From a virus (Duplodnaviria; Caudoviricetes): 64,000 nucleotides of DNA. The stretch spans positions 13,231 to 77,230 of the IMG/VR virus record IMGVR_UViG_3300032323_001487. The stretch is one strand, 5' to 3'. Shown one piece after another: positions 56,325-64,000 of the stretch (position 1 is the first letter of the stretch; every line of letters begins with the position of its first letter). The translations under genes were made by a program, and so were the position numbers. A model generated the notes under the pieces. The model was not told the origin of the DNA and did no database searches. It was given only the letters and a program-made list of their open reading frames with translations.

Positions 56325-59300
56325 ATGTCCCATTTTCTGGGTAGACACAACTCTTTATTGCTTTTTAGCAATGAGACGCACTCGGTGGTTATTGATGAGA
56401 CCGTCGGACTTGTAGTTGAAATCGGGGAGACCCCGTCGCTAATCGCGTCCGCTGACTGGATTCTGTCAGAAGAAACTTATGGCGATTCGTCAATTGTTGA
56501 CTTGGCTGAAGTGGCTTTGAGTCGCGTAAAACTTGATTCTTTAACGGCTTCGGCACGTTTATACACTATACCTTCAGGCGTCCAATCAGAGGCAAAAAAG
56601 GCTTTGGAATGGCGTAAGGAAGAGAAGCGCGGTGGCACCCCTGTAGGTCTAAACACCGCACGCACTCTTGCTAAGGGTGGACAGATTGGTATCGAGAAGG
56701 TTCGCCACATTGCAAAGTACTTCCCTCGTCACGAAGTTGACAAAAAGGGTAAGGGCTGGAGACCGGGCGAGGACAACTTCCCTAGCAACGGGCGTATCGC
56801 TTGGGCGCTTTGGGGTGGAGACGCTGGGTGGCGTTGGGCTAAGGCTATCGTCGAGCGCGAAGACAAGAAGAGTCTTAGGGCAGATGCTTACCCTATGCCT
56901 GAATTAGAAGATTTTAAAGTTTCTTATGAATTAGATGAGTCAGTTGCTCCAGAGTTTATGGCTCGCGTTCGACTAGATGGCTCTGGAATTGACCGTATCT
57001 ACAAAGTAGATATCGATGGTCACGTTTTCGCTTGGGACGACGGAACCTGGGACGACCTAGGTCACGCCGATGGAGACATTTGGACTTACGACCGTGCTCT
57101 AGACGATGCCTACGACACCGTTCCTAAGGAACACATTCTTATTGACCCAGAGTCTGCTCTAATTATTTGCGCCAAGTTACAGGCTAAGCCTTTCGACAAG
57201 GTAACCATTTTGGAAATCGATGAAGAAGAGGCGATGCTTGCTGCTGGCGCTGTTGCTGGCGAAGACTGGGACTTTATTGACTACGCAGTGACTGCTGCTG
57301 GCGAGGACCCTATTGGCGCTACGGTTCAGAATCCTAACAACTTGCCTGCCGATGGAACCGCTGGATACACTCCAGCAGACCGTAGCAAAAACGCAGCCAA
57401 GCAGGTCAGAGATGCTCGCGGTCTATTCGCTGCCCAAGGAAACAAGGTTTCGGTAGTTGGCAGACCTAATGGTGTTATCACCGCAATCAACGCTGCCAAC
57501 AAGACTGTTACCGTAAAGCACGATGACGGAACTAGTTCTACAGTTCCAGCAACCGATACCCGCAAGTTGGAAGAGCCTAAGGCTCAGGTCGCAGGTCGCT
57601 CTGATTTTGAGCCAGACCCTAATGAAATTGCTCCGATGGATACGAGGGGAATCCTCGGAGAGCCTAGAACTCCAATCAATCAGCCTAAGGCTCACTTGCC
57701 TGGAACTCTTCCGCCTTTGACCAGAAACGACTTGGCTTCTATTTTGGCTGACTATCCAGCGTGGGTAGCAAGCCAAAGAAACTTGTTCAAGCCTGTTGGA
57801 ACTGGAACTGGAACTGGAACTGGAACTGGAACTGGAACTGGAACTGGAACTGGAACTGGAACTGGAACCAACACGGGAGGGTCATCTACTGGCACTCCTA
57901 CCTCAAACCTAAGAAGTGGCGAAAAGCCATACTTCAACCCTAAAACCCCATACGACACCGTTCCTCGCTCACGTCTTGATACTGGCGCTACTGGCAAGTT
58001 CTTGGAGAATCTCACTGGTATCAAACAAAAGCCTGGTGACTACGATGCCTATCAGCACCCTCTTCTAAAAGACTGGCTAAACAAGACCGTCAAGAAGGAC
58101 GGAAAAACTTACACCCCAAACGCTCTTTGGTATCAGCCAATTACCTCTGCTGCTGAAGCAGAAGTAAAAGAGGCAGTAAAAGAAAAGACCGATGAAGAGC
58201 GTCCAGTTGGAGAGAAGAAAGTTTCTGACGTTCAGCCTTTGTATTTAGCAATTGTTGCGCCAGACGACCCTCGTGCCGTTTTGGATTTGGTCAGCATTGT
58301 TCCAGCGGGTGTCACTTCTAACCAACCTATGACTTATGTTCGTAAAGATAAGAAGTGGGTTCGTGACGCTAAGTATTTGGATGACCTACGTTCGGCTACT
58401 CCACCGCCAGTGGTCCCTATGGACAGCGAAACTCTTAACGATGTCTTGACCCAGATTGATGGCTTGGTTGCTAGTGCTTATAGCCAAGCCCTGATGGTTT
58501 TGTTTGGGCCTAACCCTGCTGTTATGGAAGCCTTCGAAAACGACTATTTAGAGGAAATTTTCCCAGATTTCGAATCACTTTTAGCAGCGGGTGGATTGGA
58601 CCGAAACAGGGGAGGCGCTGAGGCTCTAAGACGTTACTGGACTACTGGTAAGGGAGCAACAAAGATTCGCTGGGGAACTCCTGGCGACTGGAAGCGTTGT
58701 GTCCGTTACTTAGGAAAGTATCTTGGTGTCCGCTCTAAGGGCTATTGCCAACTCCGTCACAAGGAAGCCACTGGTGTTTACACTGGCTCACGTCTAAATC
58801 CAGGTAATGAAAACTCTTCTCAGGAATTCTTGATGGAAGAAGTTTGGGGCGAGAACATTGGCGAGCCTACAAAGATTACCGAAAAAGATTTGCTTATGCC
58901 TCTGCCAGAAATTATGGAAGAGAAGGACGACATCTATGACCACCACTGGGAGCCAGAAGAAGAAATTGTTGCTGGTCTAAAGACGCTCAACGATTTCTCA
59001 GACGAAGAGTTCGAGGTTTTGGTTGCTGGTGCTAGACCACCTAGTGGCTACAACATTGACCGCAACCGTAGAAGCGCTGAAAAGTTGCGTCGCTACTGGA
59101 CCAAGGGTAGAGGCGCTGCCAAGATTCGTTGGAACACTGGTGGCGACTGGACCAGATGCGTCCGCTATTTGTCTAAATACATTGGACCTCGCGCGAGAGG
59201 TTACTGTGCCTTGCGTCACAAGGAAGTCACTGGTCTTTGGACTGGAGATAAAGCGCACCTAAAGATGTATGGTGGTCGCACTCGTGGCGGTAGAAACGTA

Positions 59301-61655
59301 TTCAGCAATGAAGTAATCAATAGCGAAGAAAAAGTTTTGGAACTTGTGAATCTACAGGCAACCGCTAACGCTCTAAAAGAAAGAGTTGGTCTGATTGCTG
59401 GTGGAGCAGAGCAGGGTGCTAAATTCAGCATCCCTCTAGTAATACCAGAAGACCACGAGTCTGGCGATGGTCGTAAGTTCAAGAAGGGCGCTATTACTTG
59501 GCGCGAACTTCCACTACCACTTATGTGGCAAATTCAAACTGCTGATGGACACCAAGGTTCAGTAGTAGTTGGTCGAATCGACAGCATGGAAAGAACCGAA
59601 GAAGGTATCGGTAACTGCCAAGGTGTGTTCGACACAGGCTCTCACGCTAAAGAAGTAGAGAGACTAATCCGCAATGGTTTCATTCGTGGCGTATCCGCTG
59701 ATATGGATAAGTTCGAAGCAACCGAGCACAACGAAAAGGAAGACGACGACGCCGCTTCCAAGAACTCAAAGTCTGTTGGCAAGGGTAAAATTATTATAGA
59801 TAAGGCTCGTATTATGGGCGTAACTATTGTTGCCAAGCCAGCCTTCCAAGAGTGCAAGATTCTTCTGTCTACCGAAGCAGAAGATTACACCGATAATCAA
59901 CAGGAGGACACCGTGATTCCACAAGACGGAATCTACGCGGACGACGCTGATTTCAACGATGCCGAGAGCCTAGTGGCTTGCGGTTTTGTTGCAGGCGCTA
60001 TCCCCGTAACACCGCCTGCTAATTGGTTCAAAAACCCAAAACTGACCAAAGCGACGCCTCTTACTGTTGATGACACTGGTAGGGTCTATGGTCACATTGC
60101 TTCATGGGACACGAATCACATTGGTATGGCTTATGGCACCCGTCCGCCACGTAGCAAGAGTGGATATGCTTACTTCCACACTGGCGTGGTCAGGACTGAA
60201 GATGGTGCTGACATTCCAGTAGGGCAACTAACTCTTGCTGGAGGACACGCTTCGCTAGAAGCAAGCGCAATGGAAGCAGTCAAGCACTATGACGACACTG
60301 CTTCATCTGTGGCAGACGTTCACGCTGGAGAGGACTCATACGGCATTTGGGTTGCTGGTGCTCTCCGCCCTGGAACTCAGCCTGAGCAGATTCGCGCTCT
60401 CCGTGCGTCCGCACCTTCGGGTGACTGGCGTCCAATTCGTGGTTCACTAGAACTTGTTGCCGTATGTCAGGTAAACGTTCCAGGCTTCCCGATTGCCCGT
60501 GCTCGCGTAGCATCTGGTGCTGTTATGGCATTGGTTGCGGCAGGTGCTGCTACTTTGGCAAAGATGAAGGGTAGCCCAGTCGATGAGTTATCTGACCGTC
60601 TAAACGCTATCGAGCAACTAGTTGCTGGACAGAAGAATGAAGAGTTGTCGGCTAAGGTCGCAGAACTCTCTGCTCGCGTGAAGTCCGAAGAAGAGTTCCA
60701 GTACGACGACCAGTTCGCTTTTATTTCTCGCAAAACGAGAGATAAGTTGGCTGAAGAAGGTAAGGCATTGCCAGATGGCTCTTACCCAATTCGCAACGTC
60801 GCTGACTTGAAGAACGCTATTCAGGCTTACGGTCGCGCTAAGAACAAGTCTGCTGCTAGAAAGCACATCGAAAAGCGTGCTCGCGCTCTAAAGAAGGGTG
60901 ACCTCATTCCGCAAGAGTGGAGCACCGCTTCTATCGACGAAGAGGCTTTGGTCTCTAGCGCAGACGACTTGAGAGCGAGAATTGCCAGTGCTCAGGACCG
61001 CTTGGGAAAAGCATTAGCGGTTGAGTCTCCTAAACAGGGAGATGAGTTTATTCCTTACACCGACGAACAGGGCGAAGTTCTACCAGAAGTGGTAGATGGA
61101 GTCCCAGCAAACGCTCCTACTGTAGAGAGCGGAAGTCGCGCTAAAGGCGTATACACTCCCCAGACTCAACCGCGTGACGAGGCTGGTAAGTTCCGCAAGG
61201 TTCTTGCTCGCCTAAAGCAAGACCTAGGTGTTGCTGGTCTTCAAAAAGTTGTGGAAGAAGCCAAGTATATTGACAAACTACATGAAGTAGGTAACTACGC
61301 TGAAGCCGCTGGCGCAAGCGTCAAGTTGCTAGACATCGTGGACCGTCTAGATGCTGGTGCCCTAAACAAAATTTCGTTGGAGAACGTTCGTTCTTCAGCG
61401 GCAGAACTTGGAAAAGTTATTGCTAACTTGCCTCTGGGATTCAACAACCAGAATGAAAAGGTTCGTTACAGTGACTTGCCACCTGCACTTCGCGATTTGA
61501 TGGATTCAATGGTCGAACGTGTAGAAGCCAAGATTGGTAAGAAAGACGCGGATATCGCTACTAAGGCTCTTATGAGTTTTAAGAGCGGTTCTGACGTTTT
61601 CAGTCAAGGTGAGATTTCGGCAGAAATGTCAAAACTCCTGAGATTGCTTACTTAA
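56325..61655 (+). CDS. Multi-domain capsid maturation protease polyprotein
   Basis: Directly upstream of the capsid gene; ESGDGR.F..LPLPLMWQ..GH...VGRID..GVSAD..PAF protease domain; second GH..HYD..SGDWR..VNVPGFP domain; WGGDAG domain; ALPDGSYPI domain. Confidence 0.8.
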   Translation: MSHFLGRHNSLLLFSNETHSVVIDETVGLVVEIGETPSLIASADWILSEETYGDSSIVDLAEVALSRVKLDSLTASARLYTIPSGVQSEAKKALEWRKEEKRGGTPVGLNTARTLAKGGQIGIEKVRHIAKYFPRHEVDKKGKGWRPGEDNFPSNGRIAWALWGGDAGWRWAKAIVEREDKKSLRADAYPMPELEDFKVSYELDESVAPEFMARVRLDGSGIDRIYKVDIDGHVFAWDDGTWDDLGHADGDIWTYDRALDDAYDTVPKEHILIDPESALIICAKLQAKPFDKVTILEIDEEEAMLAAGAVAGEDWDFIDYAVTAAGEDPIGATVQNPNNLPADGTAGYTPADRSKNAAKQVRDARGLFAAQGNKVSVVGRPNGVITAINAANKTVTVKHDDGTSSTVPATDTRKLEEPKAQVAGRSDFEPDPNEIAPMDTRGILGEPRTPINQPKAHLPGTLPPLTRNDLASILADYPAWVASQRNLFKPVGTGTGTGTGTGTGTGTGTGTGTGTNTGGSSTGTPTSNLRSGEKPYFNPKTPYDTVPRSRLDTGATGKFLENLTGIKQKPGDYDAYQHPLLKDWLNKTVKKDGKTYTPNALWYQPITSAAEAEVKEAVKEKTDEERPVGEKKVSDVQPLYLAIVAPDDPRAVLDLVSIVPAGVTSNQPMTYVRKDKKWVRDAKYLDDLRSATPPPVVPMDSETLNDVLTQIDGLVASAYSQALMVLFGPNPAVMEAFENDYLEEIFPDFESLLAAGGLDRNRGGAEALRRYWTTGKGATKIRWGTPGDWKRCVRYLGKYLGVRSKGYCQLRHKEATGVYTGSRLNPGNENSSQEFLMEEVWGENIGEPTKITEKDLLMPLPEIMEEKDDIYDHHWEPEEEIVAGLKTLNDFSDEEFEVLVAGARPPSGYNIDRNRRSAEKLRRYWTKGRGAAKIRWNTGGDWTRCVRYLSKYIGPRARGYCALRHKEVTGLWTGDKAHLKMYGGRTRGGRNVFSNEVINSEEKVLELVNLQATANALKERVGLIAGGAEQGAKFSIPLVIPEDHESGDGRKFKKGAITWRELPLPLMWQIQTADGHQGSVVVGRIDSMERTEEGIGNCQGVFDTGSHAKEVERLIRNGFIRGVSADMDKFEATEHNEKEDDDAASKNSKSVGKGKIIIDKARIMGVTIVAKPAFQECKILLSTEAEDYTDNQQEDTVIPQDGIYADDADFNDAESLVACGFVAGAIPVTPPANWFKNPKLTKATPLTVDDTGRVYGHIASWDTNHIGMAYGTRPPRSKSGYAYFHTGVVRTEDGADIPVGQLTLAGGHASLEASAMEAVKHYDDTASSVADVHAGEDSYGIWVAGALRPGTQPEQIRALRASAPSGDWRPIRGSLELVAVCQVNVPGFPIARARVASGAVMALVAAGAATLAKMKGSPVDELSDRLNAIEQLVAGQKNEELSAKVAELSARVKSEEEFQYDDQFAFISRKTRDKLAEEGKALPDGSYPIRNVADLKNAIQAYGRAKNKSAARKHIEKRARALKKGDLIPQEWSTASIDEEALVSSADDLRARIASAQDRLGKALAVESPKQGDEFIPYTDEQGEVLPEVVDGVPANAPTVESGSRAKGVYTPQTQPRDEAGKFRKVLARLKQDLGVAGLQKVVEEAKYIDKLHEVGNYAEAAGASVKLLDIVDRLDAGALNKISLENVRSSAAELGKVIANLPLGFNNQNEKVRYSDLPPALRDLMDSMVERVEAKIGKKDADIATKALMSFKSGSDVFSQGEISAEMSKLLRLLT
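57798..57869 (+). repeat. (GGAACT)11 GGAACC in-frame microsatellite encoding (Gly-Thr)12
   Basis: Perfect hexamer tandem repeat. Confidence 0.95.
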
Positions 61656-61797
61656 ATAATAACCAATAGAAATCTATTGTAAAATAAAGACTAGGTGGAG
61701 TGCCTCCACGCCCAGTTGCGTGCGTAGTCCCTTTTCACCTTGTACCGAAAGCGAATGAGTGAAATCCGCTCATTTACAACTGTCCTTAGGAGGCACA

Positions 61798-63855
61798 GTG
61801 GACCAGATTAAATCGCAAGTAGATAATCTGTCTGAACTCAGCGACGAGCAAGTCGCCGAACTACAGCAGGCTATCGTTAGCGAATTTGAATCGGTTGAGG
61901 GCCAAGACCCTACTCCAGAGTCAGTTGACGCTATGACCGCTCTTGCAGACATGCTAGACACCGTTCGCGGTGAAGGCGTACGTCGCGAAGCAGCAGCCGA
62001 GGAACTCGCAGCGCGAGCAGCCGAAGCCGCCATGCGCGTGCGTGGCGAGGGCGAGGAGAACGCAGGAGAAGAAGAAGAGATGGTTCCAACCGAAGGTGAA
62101 ATGCCAGTCATGGAAGAGGACGTAGTTCCTATGCCAGTTGACGAAGTAGCACCACTAGAAGAGGAAACACCTGTTGTTCCTGCGGAAGATGACAAGCCAG
62201 AAGAGGCAATGGGCGATATGCCAGTTGTCGAAGAGGACAAGGAAGAAGTTCCTGCTGTCACTACTCCTGAGGAAGAGGACAAGGGGAAGCACAATGGTGC
62301 TTATGCCGCTGACTCAACCGAAGCGTCTGCTACTACTGACGAGAATACTGAATTCTCAACCGACACACAAGACGAGGTCGTTGTTGCGACTGAGTCTGAG
62401 CAACCAACTGAAGCAGTAACTGCTTCGACCGAAGCCGTAGAAGAGTTCTCGGCAGAGGAAATTTCAACCCCAATCGCTCAAGCAGAGCAGGAAGAGCAGG
62501 CACCCGTGACCGCCGCAGCCGACGAGACTCCAGTAGTCCCCGCTGACCGCCAGCCTGTAATCGAAGTATCAGAGTCTTACGCAAAGGTGGCAATCACCGC
62601 AGGCGCTGACATCCCAGGTTACACCGCAGGTAGCACAATTGACAGCGTCTCAGACGTCGCTGTCGCAATGGAGAAGAGAATTCACTCTCTTCGCCGTGTA
62701 AACGGAGGAGATGGAGAGCAGCACATCGTTGCATCTTTCACCACCTCTTACCCAGAGGAGAGAACCCTCACCACCGACGCCGAGTCGAACCAACTAAAGA
62801 TTAACGCTGTTGCAGGCCCTGAGGCACTTGTTGCTTCTGGTGGTCACGCTGCGCCATTCGAGGTTAAGTACGACATTTTCGGTCTAGGTTCTACCACTGA
62901 CCGTCCAGTTCGTGACGCTCTACCGAAGTTCCAGGCAGACCGTGGCGGTATCCGCTTCGTAACTCCTCCTTCGCTAATCACCTACTCAAGCGGCACTGTC
63001 TACAACTATGACAGCGCAGTTGGAGTATGGACCGCAGCGAATGACTCGGCTGAGACCCCAAACCCAGCAACCAAGGCTAGCCTAACTGTTACTGCTGCTC
63101 AGGAGAACACCGTCTCAACCGACGCTGTTACCTTGCAACTACAGTTCGGTAACCTAATGACCCGTGCTTACCCTGAGTTGATTGCTCGTCACAACGAGTT
63201 GGCTCTTGTTCAGCACGCTCGCGAGGCTGAGTTGAACCTAATCAGCAAGATTTCTGCTGGTTCGACTGCTGTGAACGCACACGTTGCTACCACTGAGGCT
63301 CCTAGCCTTGTTGGTTTTGCTCGTGACTTCTTGGTACAGGTTCGCAAGGCATCAGTTGCTTACCGTTCACGTCACCGCATCGACGCTGGAACTCGCCTAA
63401 AGGCAATTGTTCCTGCGTGGATTTATGACGCGATGGCAGCAGACCTTGCTCTGAACATGCCTGGCGACGGAAACCTTGGCGCAGGCCGAGGCGAAATCGA
63501 AGGTTACCTTGCTGGCTCAAACGTAGATATGGTTGCTTCGCTTGACCTTAACTCGTTCGGTGCACAGCAGGGTTCAGCAGCACGTCTTGCTGAGTTCCCT
63601 GACCAAATCACTTGGTACCTCTTCGCAGAGGGAACCTTCTTGTTCCTCGATGGTGGAACTCTCGACCTAGGTATCATCCGTGACTCATCTCTAGTCGGCA
63701 CCAACGACTACAAGATGTTCATCGAAACCTTCGAGAACGTAGCAAAGGTTGGTGTCGAGTCTCTCGCCATCACTTCTTCGCTAAGCATCAACGGTGTAGC
63801 CGCAGCATTGCGCGACACCACTGGTGGCGCAACCGCTGCCGCAATCGAGGAGTAA
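61798..63855 (+). CDS. Major capsid protein with N-terminal acidic scaffold-like region
   Basis: SD AGGAGG before GTG 61798; Glu-rich N-terminal third; ALVASGG..AP.E..YD, RGGIRF, GTF...DGGTLDLG..RDS.L...NDY..F.E; followed by a hairpin. Confidence 0.85.
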   Translation: MDQIKSQVDNLSELSDEQVAELQQAIVSEFESVEGQDPTPESVDAMTALADMLDTVRGEGVRREAAAEELAARAAEAAMRVRGEGEENAGEEEEMVPTEGEMPVMEEDVVPMPVDEVAPLEEETPVVPAEDDKPEEAMGDMPVVEEDKEEVPAVTTPEEEDKGKHNGAYAADSTEASATTDENTEFSTDTQDEVVVATESEQPTEAVTASTEAVEEFSAEEISTPIAQAEQEEQAPVTAAADETPVVPADRQPVIEVSESYAKVAITAGADIPGYTAGSTIDSVSDVAVAMEKRIHSLRRVNGGDGEQHIVASFTTSYPEERTLTTDAESNQLKINAVAGPEALVASGGHAAPFEVKYDIFGLGSTTDRPVRDALPKFQADRGGIRFVTPPSLITYSSGTVYNYDSAVGVWTAANDSAETPNPATKASLTVTAAQENTVSTDAVTLQLQFGNLMTRAYPELIARHNELALVQHAREAELNLISKISAGSTAVNAHVATTEAPSLVGFARDFLVQVRKASVAYRSRHRIDAGTRLKAIVPAWIYDAMAADLALNMPGDGNLGAGRGEIEGYLAGSNVDMVASLDLNSFGAQQGSAARLAEFPDQITWYLFAEGTFLFLDGGTLDLGIIRDSSLVGTNDYKMFIETFENVAKVGVESLAITSSLSINGVAAALRDTTGGATAAAIEE

Positions 63856-63861
63856 AAACTC

Positions 63862-63918
63862 CCCTTAGGTTGGGGTGGGGCTTATTCGTAAGCCTCACCC
63901 CCACCCCCTAAGTTTTTT
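63862..63918 (+). terminator. Hairpin/terminator after the capsid gene
   Basis: GGGGTGGGCTTA-TTCG-TAAGCCTCACCCC, with outer CTTAGG/CCTAAG and a T-run. Confidence 0.65.
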
Positions 63919-63932
63919 AGATAAGGAATGAA

Positions 63933-64000
63933 ATGGCTTTCCCAAAGAATGGCGTTGTAGAGGCACCCGAGATTGTGCCCTCCGCTTTTGGTCTACTTGC
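63933..64000 (+). CDS. Start of the next structural gene (truncated by the window edge)
   Basis: SD AAGGA; MAFPKNGVVEAPEIVPSAFGLL. Confidence 0.6.
   Translation, partial: MAFPKNGVVEAPEIVPSAFGLL

Noticed and set aside
57761-58024. ORFs with WNWNWN and VPVPVP repeats
   Set aside because: Alternative-frame readings of the GGAACT microsatellite inside the protease gene
35947-63704. Numerous minus-strand ORFs of 60-190 aa within structural genes
   Set aside because: Antisense shadows of long plus-strand genes, with no motifs or translation signals
1-64000. tRNA, rRNA or tmRNA genes
   Set aside because: No cloverleaf with a T-loop GTTCRA and matching acceptor stem was recognised; tRNAscan-SE or ARAGORN would be needed to exclude them
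1-64000. Alternative genetic code
   Set aside because: Long ORFs are intact under code 11, and TAA, TAG and TGA all end genes at sensible boundaries

Overview
A 64 kb segment of a large dsDNA tailed phage, most likely infecting Actinobacteria (it carries a ClgR-like regulator and PafBC/RecA-NDp-like promoter elements). Layout: (i) 0.8-5.7 kb has a glycosyltransferase, a Mom-like DNA modifier, a probable small terminase and a CHAP/PG-binding protein. (ii) 5.7-27.7 kb is an early/accessory region of many short genes in units with TTGACA promoters and terminators. It includes a 2OG-Fe(II) oxygenase, a MoxR/CbbQ AAA+ and vWA pair, an XRE/ClgR regulator, NlpC/P60 and an HDAC-family deacetylase, and is punctuated by about 15 copies of a fixed-spacing 25-bp site and other recurring motifs. 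(iii) 27.8-64 kb is the packaging/head module: TerL, phosphatase, portal, Dps, two giant paralogous multi-enzyme proteins (2258 and 4479 aa) each followed by a small ORF, a 1776-aa protease polyprotein and the major capsid protein. The best candidates for undescribed biology are the head-associated polyvalent effector system, with its shared RDxxG[RK][FW] tag and putative protease cleavage motif, and the dispersed 25-bp cassette-boundary site. All domain calls come from motifs recognised by eye; no searches were run, and counts are manual.
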